Source of the DNA: Candidatus Bathyarchaeia archaeon
Lineage (GTDB): Archaea; Thermoproteota; Bathyarchaeia; Bathyarchaeales; Bathycorpusculaceae
Assembly: GCA_038882975.1 (NCBI GenBank)
Contig: JAVZNE010000007.1
Location: 1 to 64,000, forward strand
Length of the DNA: 64,000 bases
Direction of reading: 5' to 3'
The notes below the pieces were generated by a model that did no database searches, had not been told where the DNA came from, and was given only the letters and a program-made list of their open reading frames with translations. Shown here piece after piece: positions 40,249 to 50,033 of the stretch (its first letter is position 1; each line of letters begins with the position of its first letter). The position numbers and the translations under genes are program-made.

Positions 40249-40731
40249 TCAGGATTTTTCAGCTAGTCTTTTAGCGTTTTCAATCCATCTCTGCGTTATT
40301 TTTGGTGAGATTTTAAGTTTTGAAGCTAGTTCTTTGGCTGATGCTTTGGCAAGTTCTTCAACAGTGTTTATGCCTAGAGCCTTAAGTTGTCCCGCTCTTT
40401 TTTCGCCTATGCCCTTAACCATAGTTAATGGTGTTCCAGCAGGGGCAACTACCTCAACTGTTTTTTCTTCAACCGCTGCTGGTGTTGGAACTGGGGATGG
40501 TGGTGGAGGTTGAGTGGGTTGAGTTGGAGATGTAGGTGCTGGTGGGGTAGCCACCAATGTCTGCGCTTTTACTTTTGGTCTTTGGGTGTAACCTAGCCCG
40601 ATGAAGAAAAGCCCTAAAACAGTAGTCGCAACAATCCAGAGCTCTACTGGTTGCATTTGATAGGCAAACACCATTCCAGTTATTATGAAGAATATTATGG
40701 CTACTGTGTATAGAGCGTAATCTGAGCGCAT
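40249..40731 (-). CDS. Two-TM protein with Pro-rich linker and C-terminal helix-hairpin-helix domain
   Basis: LTMVKGIGEKRAGQLKALGINTVEELA (HhH_5/DUF4332-like). Confidence 0.8.
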   Translation of the reverse strand: MRSDYALYTVAIIFFIITGMVFAYQMQPVELWIVATTVLGLFFIGLGYTQRPKVKAQTLVATPPAPTSPTQPTQPPPPSPVPTPAAVEEKTVEVVAPAGTPLTMVKGIGEKRAGQLKALGINTVEELAKASAKELASKLKISPKITQRWIENAKRLAEKS

Positions 40732-40829
40732 TTCGTCTTTCTCCCTAGCCCTCTATGTCTTATGGAATAGTTTAAATAATTTTCTACAGAATTCGGAAAA
40801 GAAAGTAGGTTTTGTGGCGTTTTGACCGT

Positions 40830-42212
40830 TTACTTTAGCAATTCTTCTTCCGACGGCGGCTTCTTTATCAATCCTTCCCTCATTAGAAATTTTAGGCTTT
40901 CTCTGGCGTTCTTTATTATTGAAGTGGCTCTTTCATAGAGTTCCTGTCTGCTAAGTTTTACTCTAGCTACGCCTTGCTCTATGGATTTTAGGGCGCATGC
41001 CACAGCCTCACGTGGGAAGACTTCCCACTCCTCCATTCTGGGGAGTATATCCTCCTCATGCATTCCTCTCTCTTCAGCAAATTTCGCCAGTTCCTCTGCG
41101 GCTGCAATGCACATGTCATCAGTAACAGTTTTAGCCTTCACATCCAAGACCCCACGGAATATCGCGGGAAAGCCCAAACTGTTGTTAACCTGGTTTGGAA
41201 AGTCGCTTCTCCCGGTTGCCACGATGCGAGCTCCAGCTTCTTTTGCTTCCCAAGGCCATATTTCAGGTATGGGGTTGGCACATGCGAAAATTATGGCGTT
41301 ATCAGCCATTGTGGAGACCCACTCCTTCTTTATTGTTCCCGGTCCTGGTTTTGATGCTGCCACCACGGCGTCTACGCCTTTGAAGGCCTCTGTTATGTCG
41401 CCTGTTCTGCCCTCGGCGTTTGTTATTTGGGCCAGCTCGTACTTCCATGGGTCTTCCTCTTTTGACAAGTCCTTTCTTCCGGCATGAATTATGCCTTTTG
41501 TGTCAACCATTATTATATTTCCAGGCTTAACTCCCCACCTTATTAGGACGTAGGCCGTTCGTATGTTCGCCGCTCCGGCGCCTATGAGGGTTATTAGGCT
41601 TTCTTTTGGTTTTTTGCCGACTATCTTAAAGGCGTTTATTAAACCAGCCAAAATTACTGTGGCTGTTCCCTGCTGGTCGTCGTGCCAAACTGGAATTTGC
41701 AGCCTTTTACGGGCTTCTTCTAGAACGTAAAAGCATTTGGGTTTTTCAATGTCTTCCAGGTTTATTCCGCCGAATGAAGGCTCTATTAGTTCGCATGCAC
41801 GGACAATTTCCTCCGGGTCTTTGGTTTTTAAGCATATAGGAAAGGCGTCAACACCGCCTAAATATTTAAAGAGTAGGGCTTTTCCTTCCATGACTGGCAT
41901 GGCTGCCTCTGGACCTATGTCGCCCAAGCCCAAAACACGGGTGCCGTCTGAAACAACAGCCACGTAATTCCAACGGTTTGTCAATTCAAAAACTTTTTCA
42001 GGGTTCGCTTGAATTTCTCTGCATGGGGCTGCAACGCCAGGCGTATACCATATTGCAAAATCGTCCGGGCTTGTTATGGCGCATTTTGGCATAACTTGAA
42101 CCTTTCCCTCGTAAAACTTGTGCATGGGCGGTGCCAGCTGGGAAGGCTTTTTTGCCTTGGCAAGAAGCTCTTCAACTGTTGGTTTTCTCTCCTCTTTTCC
42201 AGTTGAACACAT
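40830..42212 (-). CDS. NAD(P)-dependent malic enzyme
   Basis: YTPGVA, VSDGTRVLGLG, VMEGK, INLEDI, HDDQQGTA, ANPIPEI, ATGRSDFPNQVNN. Confidence 0.95.
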   Translation of the reverse strand: MCSTGKEERKPTVEELLAKAKKPSQLAPPMHKFYEGKVQVMPKCAITSPDDFAIWYTPGVAAPCREIQANPEKVFELTNRWNYVAVVSDGTRVLGLGDIGPEAAMPVMEGKALLFKYLGGVDAFPICLKTKDPEEIVRACELIEPSFGGINLEDIEKPKCFYVLEEARKRLQIPVWHDDQQGTATVILAGLINAFKIVGKKPKESLITLIGAGAANIRTAYVLIRWGVKPGNIIMVDTKGIIHAGRKDLSKEEDPWKYELAQITNAEGRTGDITEAFKGVDAVVAASKPGPGTIKKEWVSTMADNAIIFACANPIPEIWPWEAKEAGARIVATGRSDFPNQVNNSLGFPAIFRGVLDVKAKTVTDDMCIAAAEELAKFAEERGMHEEDILPRMEEWEVFPREAVACALKSIEQGVARVKLSRQELYERATSIIKNARESLKFLMREGLIKKPPSEEELLK

Positions 42213-42459
42213 ATTATGTTCCCCTTTTTAATGGAGATGTGTTGTTTGCGCATTAGAGCTTTAAGGGTTGCGGTAAAATTTGATAAGCCTTAAAGTTGCA
42301 TTATAAACTTTGCAATTCAGATTTGTCGTTCACAATTTATATATTTGGGCGGGAAGCCCCCGTATTTATCATCCTGTATCAGAGACGGCATATGCTCTTC
42401 CGAGAAAACCGTGTGTAAACGTAGCTGGCATAATGCACGCATTCGAGGAGGACACGTGG

Positions 42460-43215
42460 ATGTTGGGAATTTACAAGGCTGGCCTCTTAATAACCGTTAG
42501 TCTAATACTAATTTATGCCCTTCAAGGGTTCTATCCCCAATTTATCGGCATCTTTTCCAACGCTTTTCCGCTGATTGTAGCTGGTGCAGCGGTTGTTGTA
42601 TCTGGTTTGTCTCTGGAAAGATATTGGAGAAAAGCTAAGGGACAATTTTCCATTATTTGGTTCTATTTCACATGCGGGCTGCTCCTCTGGTTTATTGGAG
42701 AAACAGTTTGGGCTGGTTACACGCTGATACTTAACATTGAACTGCCCTACCCCTCAATCGCCGACGTTTTTTGGATAGCAGGATATATTCCCTTCTTCAT
42801 CGCTTTATATCTTTACGTTAAGTTATTTGGCGGCACGCTGACAAAGAAAATGCTTGCATCATCCATGGGCATAACGGCTGCCCTAACCATTCTGGTCACA
42901 AGCGTGCTGCTGACACCAGTTCTAACAGTCGAAGAAAACCTAACAGCTGCAGTTATGGACTTTGCTTATCCAATCCTTGACCTTTCACTATTTTCTGTAG
43001 CGCTTCTGGGCCTCATGATTTTCTGGAAAGGAAGGCTTGGAAAATCGTGGCTTTTTATTAATGTAGCCATATTAATGAATGCATGCGCCGACATATTGTT
43101 TAGCTGGACAACCGCACAGGAAATATATTATAGTGGACACGTGCTTGACCTTCTTTTCGACCTTGCATATCTATCCTTTTTGATGGCTTTTTACGTTCAC
43201 ACTAAAGAGTTTTGA
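42460..43215 (+). CDS. Stand-alone multi-TM sensor-like membrane protein
   Basis: About 8 TM; WFIGETVW, PYPSIAD, AYPILD motifs typical of N-terminal membrane modules of signalling proteins. ATG at 42460 after GAGGAGG. Confidence 0.7.
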   Translation: MLGIYKAGLLITVSLILIYALQGFYPQFIGIFSNAFPLIVAGAAVVVSGLSLERYWRKAKGQFSIIWFYFTCGLLLWFIGETVWAGYTLILNIELPYPSIADVFWIAGYIPFFIALYLYVKLFGGTLTKKMLASSMGITAALTILVTSVLLTPVLTVEENLTAAVMDFAYPILDLSLFSVALLGLMIFWKGRLGKSWLFINVAILMNACADILFSWTTAQEIYYSGHVLDLLFDLAYLSFLMAFYVHTKEF

Positions 43216-43216
43216 G

Positions 43217-43561
43217 GTGGGCGTGATGACCCAGAGGATGGAGGCCTTCAAGAAGGCTTTAGTGGAGGCTGTGGATGAAGGGCTACTCATGCTGGGGGAG
43301 AATGGAAGAGAAGTTATCTATTTTCGCCTTAAACAGTCTTACGCCCTTAAAAAGGAAGATATTCCCGGCTACCCTGAAATTTTTGTTGAATGCTTAAGGA
43401 GCATTTTTGGCTTAGGTGCGGAAGTTATCGAAAAAGCGGTTATCAATAGCTTGTACAGAAAGCTTGGAATAGAATTTCATGCAAAGAAAAATCTTGGCTT
43501 TTTGGAATACTTGAAAGAAGCCAGAAAAGCCTTTGAGGAGAAGGCTGAATTAAGTCTTTAA
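43217..43561 (+). CDS. NitrOD5/DUF3227-like small protein
   Basis: EAVDEGL..LGE....IYF.L......KEDIP..PE.F...L..IFG.GA..IE pattern. Confidence 0.7.
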   Translation: MGVMTQRMEAFKKALVEAVDEGLLMLGENGREVIYFRLKQSYALKKEDIPGYPEIFVECLRSIFGLGAEVIEKAVINSLYRKLGIEFHAKKNLGFLEYLKEARKAFEEKAELSL

Positions 43562-43597
43562 ATCTGAGTTTACCTTAATTATCCCCTTTGAGGGTTT

Positions 43598-44377
43598 ATG
43601 GCGAAGCGGGAAACTTACCCAGATGTCTATGAAAACCCGTTTTATTATGATGTTGCCTTCAGCTTTCGGGACATAGCCAGAGAGGTTGACTTCTTCGAAG
43701 AGTGCATTAAAAGATTTTCAAAAATTAAGGTTAAACGAGTCCTCGACGTTGGATGTGGCCCAAGCCCCTACATGCTAGAGCTTATCAAACGAGGCTACTC
43801 CTTTGCTGGTTTGGACATAAGCGAGCCTATGCTAAAATATTCCTTAGAAAAGGCGAAGAAGGCTGGCATTGAAATAGAGGTTATACATGCAGATATGCGC
43901 AATTTTAAGGTTAAAGGAAGTTTTGATTTTGCCTTTTGTATGCTCGGCTCCTTAACAGTTGAGACCAACAAGGAATTTCTCACACATCTGGACTCTGTGG
44001 CTGCATGCCTCAAAAAGGGCGGCTTATACCTTTTAGATGGCTGCATTCAATTCGACTGGACAAGGCTTGGAGGGGAAAGCTGGACGGTGATAAAGGACGG
44101 CCTTGTCATAAATGTGGCTTGGAATGTTGCACCGCTAAGTTATGTGGAGCAGAAAATAGTTGAGAAGATAACCATCGAAGTTATTGAAAAGGGAAAAACG
44201 AAGGTTTTTGTGACCGAAAAGGTTGGCAAGCTGATTTTTCCACAAGAATTTCTTGAGCTTCTTGATAGAAATGGCAAATTTGAGTTTGTTGGCTGGTTTA
44301 ACAATTTTGATTTAGAACAGTCTCTTGAAAAGGCGGAGAAATTTAACAGACCAATAACTGTGTTGCGGGGAAAATAG
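43598..44377 (+). CDS. Class I SAM-dependent methyltransferase
   Basis: VLDVGCG, GLDISEPML, ADMR, LKKGG. Confidence 0.9.
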   Translation: MAKRETYPDVYENPFYYDVAFSFRDIAREVDFFEECIKRFSKIKVKRVLDVGCGPSPYMLELIKRGYSFAGLDISEPMLKYSLEKAKKAGIEIEVIHADMRNFKVKGSFDFAFCMLGSLTVETNKEFLTHLDSVAACLKKGGLYLLDGCIQFDWTRLGGESWTVIKDGLVINVAWNVAPLSYVEQKIVEKITIEVIEKGKTKVFVTEKVGKLIFPQEFLELLDRNGKFEFVGWFNNFDLEQSLEKAEKFNRPITVLRGK

Positions 44378-44427
44378 GAAACTAACAAAAGGTTTTGCAA
44401 TAATCATGAAAGTGGAACTTTAATCGT

Positions 44428-44904
44428 TTAGTATCTTCTTTGGCGGAACCCGCCTCTTTTTTCACGTCCGCCGAAGTCTCTTCCGCCTCTACCTCGGAAC
44501 GGACGTCTTTGCTGCTCGTAAACTTTTGATGATAGATTGTTTTGTGTGTTCACTTCTACGGTTAATGCTTCTTTCGCAACTTCAAGTGTGCCGTATCTGC
44601 CTACGTTTAGGCGCATGCTTCCCTTGAATAGGGTTACGTATCCATTTCCTATGCTTATTGTTTCGCCTTCCTTAACTTTGGCTATATTGTCGTCCCATAG
44701 GGTTAGGTATATGCATCCTGTTTCGTCGCCCACTAGGGCGTCGCAAACCTTGTGGGGTGCACCGTCCCTTCCAGAGGCTACATTTCTAATTTCACTTTTT
44801 GAGACAACTTTTGCCTTCACGTTTACAGCCCTTGAGGCGGGGGTTAGTTCGCCTACTTTCACGTCTACTGGTTTTCTACTTCCCGAAAAACCTTCAACTG
44901 CCAA
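44428..44904 (-). CDS. ssb: Single-OB-fold ssDNA-binding protein (crenarchaeal SSB-like)
   Basis: VGDETGCIYLTLWD, NGYV, LNVGRYG; Arg/Gly-rich tail. Confidence 0.85.
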   Translation of the reverse strand: MAVEGFSGSRKPVDVKVGELTPASRAVNVKAKVVSKSEIRNVASGRDGAPHKVCDALVGDETGCIYLTLWDDNIAKVKEGETISIGNGYVTLFKGSMRLNVGRYGTLEVAKEALTVEVNTQNNLSSKVYEQQRRPFRGRGGRDFGGREKRGGFRQRRY

Positions 44905-44986
44905 ACCTAAATCAACACCTTTACATCTGATGCAAGAACATATCGCCGACTCTTCACTTAAGCATTTTGGTTATTTAAGGCAAATT

Positions 44987-45874
44987 TTAAACGCTTTTAA
45001 GTCGTGGTCCCTTGCCCTCCACCTCATAGGGAAGCCTACCAGTTCTAAAAATGACGAGTTTATCCCTAAACTCAGCCAAGTAAGCCAGAACGAGGCGTTT
45101 CCCCTTATCTGTTAGGGCATAAACAGGTATTGTTACGCCCAACTGTAACAGTGCCCTTTTGCCAATTTCTTCTCGAAGTGTTTTCGAAGCACTGGCACAG
45201 ACAACATCCGCCTTGGCTATGTGCTCCACATTCGCCTTGCCAACGCATGTGTTGCAGACGGAGAAAATTAAGACGTCGGCTTTCGCATCAGCCTCAACTT
45301 TTCTAATTTCGCTTATGGCTTTCGATTGAAAACCTGCAACACTTACAACAACCCGCCTAAACCCAAAATCTAAAGCCCTTTTAACCCCGCTAATTTGGTC
45401 AATTGAGGCTGATGCCTCGTCAAGAACTATTCCACCGTCGTCTTTAATTTTTCGGATGATCTCCGGTATTGGCGAAGTCCTCACTATTCCAGTTAGGCGG
45501 GCGCCGATGGCTTGCACAAGCCTCCCATTAGAAATTATCACTGTGCCAGCGCCTTCACAAACAATAACCGCGCAATCGATAAGTTTCTTTTCAAGCCATA
45601 CCCGCATCATTTCGGAAGCTCCGTAAGCCACAATTGGCTCGTCGTTGAAGGCGCGGTTTCCACAACAGAAGCCAAAACCAGCAATCTTCATTTCAACACT
45701 TTTCCGCACAGCCTCAACATCGATTTTTTTCGTGCCGTAAAGAGCTTCATGAAGAGGACAATATTCAATCATTGGCTCACTTAAAACTTCTACACCTTTG
45801 TCTGAAATGCGTACGCGGGCGCCACAGCAGTATATTTCATGCTCGCCCTTAACACGCATAACGCTAACGCTCAC
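44987..45874 (-). CDS. DUF2099 / methanogenesis marker 8-like protein
   Basis: EPMIEYCPL, YGASE, AVIVCEGAGT, GARLTG, IDQ, CASASK. Confidence 0.85.
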   Translation of the reverse strand: MSVSVMRVKGEHEIYCCGARVRISDKGVEVLSEPMIEYCPLHEALYGTKKIDVEAVRKSVEMKIAGFGFCCGNRAFNDEPIVAYGASEMMRVWLEKKLIDCAVIVCEGAGTVIISNGRLVQAIGARLTGIVRTSPIPEIIRKIKDDGGIVLDEASASIDQISGVKRALDFGFRRVVVSVAGFQSKAISEIRKVEADAKADVLIFSVCNTCVGKANVEHIAKADVVCASASKTLREEIGKRALLQLGVTIPVYALTDKGKRLVLAYLAEFRDKLVIFRTGRLPYEVEGKGPRLKSV

Positions 45875-45904
45875 TGAACAAAAGAGAATGGAGTGAACGC
45901 CTTA

Positions 45905-46207
45905 TTATTCCTTGTTTGTCGCCTCGTTAATCTGCTGCTCCATCATGTGCCCGCGACAATAAACCAGTGCCTTTTTAACACCTGGAACTTTTAGGGCTTC
46001 CCGCTTAATGTCCATGGCTAGTTTGAAGGCTATTGGGCAGAAAGGACTTGAAGGAATAAACTCAACCTTAACAACGCCGGGCTCTTCTTCCTTAACGCTT
46101 TTAATCATATGCATTTCAGCAAAGCTCAAGCCTGTTTCTGGGTCGATCACTTTGCCAACAGCTTCATACACTTTACTTTCCAGCTCATTCAATTCTGACA
46201 CATCCAA
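45905..46207 (-). CDS. DUF59 (SufT/MIP18-like) Fe-S assembly protein
   Basis: VIDPE and SPFCP motifs. Confidence 0.85.
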   Translation of the reverse strand: MDVSELNELESKVYEAVGKVIDPETGLSFAEMHMIKSVKEEEPGVVKVEFIPSSPFCPIAFKLAMDIKREALKVPGVKKALVYCRGHMMEQQINEATNKE

Positions 46208-46246
46208 ATTTTCTCGGAAATAAAGGCGAAGGCACCATATAAAAGG

Positions 46247-47779
46247 TTATGGGTTTTTGGCAGCCAGTTTCTTCTGGTACATCCGCCAGCTTAAAGCCAT
46301 TGTCTGGGGATGGGACGCCCTAACCTCGTCAAGCCTACGAACAGCGGTGTTATGGGGCGCCATCAAAACTTCTTCTGGTTTTTCACGGGCTTCTCTGCAA
46401 ATTTCCCGCATAGCTTCTACGAAGCGGTCAAGCTCTTCCTTTTCAGTGGTCTCCGTCGGTTCAATCATTAGGGCTTCCTCAACAATTAGCGGAAAATAAA
46501 TAGTGGGCGCATGAAGCCCATAATCTAATAGTCGTTTCGCAATGTTTAGGGCTGAAACCCCAGTCTTGTTCTTCAAAGGCTTAGCACTAAAAACACACTC
46601 GTGCTTTCTAGGCTTCTCGCTGTTGTAGGGAAGCGCCAAACCCTCAATCTCCCTAAGCTTCCGCATAACATAATTCGCATTCAAAACAGAAACTTCTGCA
46701 ACCTCCTCTAAGCCTTCCCGTCCAAGACTGAGGATGTAGGCATAAGCCTTCAACAAAACGGCGACATTCCCATAAAAGCATCTAATTTTGCCAATGCTGT
46801 AGGGCCTATCATAGTCTAGGCGGTAGCGCTCGCCATCAAAAACAATTCTTGGAACAGGCAAGAATTTGGCCAACTCTTCAGTAACGCCTACTGGGCCGGC
46901 ACCTGGGCCTCCGCCACCATGAGGTGTGCCAAAAGTTTTGTGAATATTTATGTGGACTATGTCAAAGCCCATGTCGCCGGGTCTAACCTTGCAAAGTATC
47001 GGGTTCAGGTTTGCCCCATCATAGTATAGGAGTCCGCCAGCTTCGTGGACGATTTTGGCTATTTCCTCAATGTTCTTTTCAAATATTCCAAGCGTGTTTG
47101 GATTTGTCAGCATCAGACCGGCGGTTCTGTTAGAAACTGCCGCCTTTAAGGCTTCCAAGTCCACACAGCCTTCTTCGTCGGATGGAATAACAACGACGTT
47201 GAAGCCAGCCATGGCTGCACTTGCCGGATTAGTTCCGTGGGCGGAGTCTGGAATAAGCACGTCTTTCCGCTTTTCAGATTCGCCCTTCAGCCTATGATAG
47301 GCGCGCATTATGCAGACTCCTAAAAACTCTCCATGAGCACCAGCAGACGGCTGAAGGCAGACTTCGGCTGTTCCCGTTATTTCGGCAAGCCAACGTTCAA
47401 GCCTATAAAGGATTTCCAGCACGCCTTGCACAGTGCTCTCATCCTGATATGGGTGGAGCATGCCCAATTTTGGCAAACTAGCCAAAAACTCGTTTATTTT
47501 TGGATTATACTTCATTGTGCAGCTTCCAAGGGGGTAAAGCCCAGAATCAACACCATAATTCATCTCCGAAAGCCGAATAAAATGACGGATAACCTCAGGC
47601 TCTGAAAGTTCCGGAAGCCTAGGCGCATCTTTCCTTTGCAAGTTTTCTGGAATCAACATGTTTAAGTCGCCGACAGCCCTTTTGACATCCTCCTCAACTT
47701 TTGGCAGAGTGTAGCCTACTCGTCCAGCTTTTCCAAGATTAAAAATTATTGGTTCGTCCCATCGAGCTTGCCTGAACAT
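46247..47779 (-). CDS. gcvPB: Glycine dehydrogenase (decarboxylating) subunit 2
   Basis: YPLGSCTMKYNP, SAHGTNPAS, HKTFGTPHGGGGPG. Confidence 0.95.
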   Translation of the reverse strand: MFRQARWDEPIIFNLGKAGRVGYTLPKVEEDVKRAVGDLNMLIPENLQRKDAPRLPELSEPEVIRHFIRLSEMNYGVDSGLYPLGSCTMKYNPKINEFLASLPKLGMLHPYQDESTVQGVLEILYRLERWLAEITGTAEVCLQPSAGAHGEFLGVCIMRAYHRLKGESEKRKDVLIPDSAHGTNPASAAMAGFNVVVIPSDEEGCVDLEALKAAVSNRTAGLMLTNPNTLGIFEKNIEEIAKIVHEAGGLLYYDGANLNPILCKVRPGDMGFDIVHINIHKTFGTPHGGGGPGAGPVGVTEELAKFLPVPRIVFDGERYRLDYDRPYSIGKIRCFYGNVAVLLKAYAYILSLGREGLEEVAEVSVLNANYVMRKLREIEGLALPYNSEKPRKHECVFSAKPLKNKTGVSALNIAKRLLDYGLHAPTIYFPLIVEEALMIEPTETTEKEELDRFVEAMREICREAREKPEEVLMAPHNTAVRRLDEVRASHPQTMALSWRMYQKKLAAKNP

Positions 47780-47785
47780 CTATTT

Positions 47786-49198
47786 TCACCTCTTTTGGAC
47801 CATTTTCTCAAGCGATTTTGCAAGAAGGCCTATATCCTCTTTGGAATGAATTTCAGTCACACAGTATAGAGCGGTTTGACCAAGTTCTGGAAACTCCTTT
47901 GAAATATCTTTGCCCCCGTGAACACCCATGCCCAGAAGCTTTTCATTAACTTCTTTAACGCTTGAGCCGGCGCTGTCAAAGTTTACGGTGAACTCCTTGA
48001 AGTGTAAAGATCTGAAAACTGGAGCCTTTACACCATCTATCCTTGAAAGGAGACGCATGGCATAATTAGACCTATACATTATTGTTTCGCCGAGCTCCCT
48101 CAAGGCTTGAGGACCCAGCAGGGCCATGTAAACAGCTGAGGCCACAGCGCACAAGGCTTCGTTAGAGCATATGTTTGAAGTGGCCTTCTCCCTTCTAATA
48201 TGCTGCTCGCGGGTTTGCAGAACCATACAGAACCCGTACTTACCCCCATCGGTGGTTGTTGTTAGACCTATGATGCGCCCGGGCATCTGCCTAACAAGGT
48301 TCAAGTCGTCGCGGCATGCAAAAATGCCCAAAAGAGGGCCGCCAAAATTCATGAGGTTTCCGAGGGGTTGAGCTTCGCCGACTACTATGTCTGCACTATA
48401 CTCGCCTGGGGGCTTAAAAACTCCAAGGGATGTTGGGTCAACACCAACTATAAAGAGGGCGCCATGCTTGTGAGCTATGCTGCCTATTTCATCAACATGC
48501 TCTTCAACAAAGCCCAAATAAGATGGGTTTTCTATGTAAACGGCGGCTGTTCTGTCAGAAATTTTTCTTTCCAAATCGTCTAGGTCTAGCTGTCCAGTTT
48601 CGGGGTTGTAGGCTATCTCCTTTATGCTTATGTCGGCTGGTTCAGTATAGGTTTGAAGGGTTGCCTTCCTCTCTGGATGGATGATCCTCGGGATAAATAT
48701 TTCGTTGCGTTTGGTCACCCTTGAAGCCATGCGTGCCGCTTCGCCTAGGGCTGAAGCCCAATCATACATAGAGCAGTTGGCAACATCCATGGCTGTTAAT
48801 TCGCAAATCATACTCTGATACTCAAAAAGGGCTTGAAGCATGCCCTGCGAAATTTCAGGCTGATAAGGCGTGTAAGAAGTTAGGAACTCGCTTCTTTGAA
48901 CTATTTCCTTTACCGCGGCTGGCACATAATGAGGCCAGCATCCAGCACCGAGGAAAACTGGCATATCCTCGCATGTCTTGTTCTTTGATAGTAAGGCCTC
49001 GACATGCCTTTTAACCTCAAATTCTGATAGAGCTTCAGGAAGGTTCAGCGGCTTTTTAAGAAAGTATTTTTCTGGGATGTCTGAATAAAGTTCATCAATG
49101 CTTTTTATGCCTATTTCCCTCATCATTTCCTGCTTAATTTTCGGGTTAGAGTTTGGAATATACGGGTGACCTTTTCCTTTCAAGCCAATTTCCACCAT
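47786..49198 (-). CDS. gcvPA: Glycine dehydrogenase (decarboxylating) subunit 1
   Basis: SYTPYQPEISQG, TREQHIRREKATSNICSN. Confidence 0.95.
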   Translation of the reverse strand: MVEIGLKGKGHPYIPNSNPKIKQEMMREIGIKSIDELYSDIPEKYFLKKPLNLPEALSEFEVKRHVEALLSKNKTCEDMPVFLGAGCWPHYVPAAVKEIVQRSEFLTSYTPYQPEISQGMLQALFEYQSMICELTAMDVANCSMYDWASALGEAARMASRVTKRNEIFIPRIIHPERKATLQTYTEPADISIKEIAYNPETGQLDLDDLERKISDRTAAVYIENPSYLGFVEEHVDEIGSIAHKHGALFIVGVDPTSLGVFKPPGEYSADIVVGEAQPLGNLMNFGGPLLGIFACRDDLNLVRQMPGRIIGLTTTTDGGKYGFCMVLQTREQHIRREKATSNICSNEALCAVASAVYMALLGPQALRELGETIMYRSNYAMRLLSRIDGVKAPVFRSLHFKEFTVNFDSAGSSVKEVNEKLLGMGVHGGKDISKEFPELGQTALYCVTEIHSKEDIGLLAKSLEKMVQKR

Positions 49199-49239
49199 TG
49201 AGAATTAAACACTAAACTGCTGAGCACCCTTTAAGCTTT

Positions 49240-50019
49240 TCAATCAGCTTTTGAAAGCGTTTTCAAAACAGTGTTAATTGCAATTTTTACGCCTTCCTTA
49301 ACCGTTTCATGTTCGAAGGCTGGAAGCCAGCCGGTTTCGGATAAAACATCTGATATGACTTGCACAGAGGCCACCTTAGCGCCTCGATATTTTGAAACTG
49401 CAAAGATGGCTGACGTTTCCATGTTTACGGCCAAAACACCGGCCCTCTTAAATTTGAGGAATTTGCCGCGGGTCTCCCTATAAACACCGTCCGTTGACCA
49501 AACCTTGCCACAATAGTGTTTGACGCCATCCACGTTTAACTGCTTGAGTAGCCTATTCCTCAAATCTTCGGAGGATTCAACTTTCACTTCAGGCGGAAAA
49601 TAGTGGTGTGATGTCCCTTCATCCCGTATTGCCTCGGTCACTATAATAATGTCGCCTGGTTTTAGGAACGGCTGCAAGCCCCCAGATAATCCAACCTCAA
49701 ATATTTCCTTTGCACCGCAAGCAATCACCTCTTCTAATGTTGTTGCGGCGGCTGGCGCGCCAATCCAGAAACGCCCCAACCCAACTTCCACATCGTTAAA
49801 TTTTCCCACACAGAAGGGCTGGTTTTCTCCATAAATCCACCATTCAAGGAGTTTGCCGTTGATAAGGGACTTTGCATATTCATATGCGCTTCTTTGGTAC
49901 GTGATTAAAAGGCGCTCCGGAACTTTTATTGTGCCTATAGGGAGCTTTTTGACTTTTGCTACATAGCGGATAAAATCTTGCGGTGTGAAAATTGGCTCAT
50001 CTTCTCTAATCAATCTCAA
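49240..50019 (-). CDS. Nucleoside phosphorylase (PNP/UDP family 1)
   Basis: IGAPAA, AIRDEGTS, WSTDGVYRET, AVNMET, ISD. Confidence 0.88.
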   Translation of the reverse strand: MRLIREDEPIFTPQDFIRYVAKVKKLPIGTIKVPERLLITYQRSAYEYAKSLINGKLLEWWIYGENQPFCVGKFNDVEVGLGRFWIGAPAAATTLEEVIACGAKEIFEVGLSGGLQPFLKPGDIIIVTEAIRDEGTSHHYFPPEVKVESSEDLRNRLLKQLNVDGVKHYCGKVWSTDGVYRETRGKFLKFKRAGVLAVNMETSAIFAVSKYRGAKVASVQVISDVLSETGWLPAFEHETVKEGVKIAINTVLKTLSKAD

Positions 50020-50033
50020 GGCCTCAAGTAGGT

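Noticed and set aside
42345-42455. Riboswitch in the leader of the membrane sensor gene
   Set aside because: Only short hairpins are present, and I could not match them to any known aptamer consensus.
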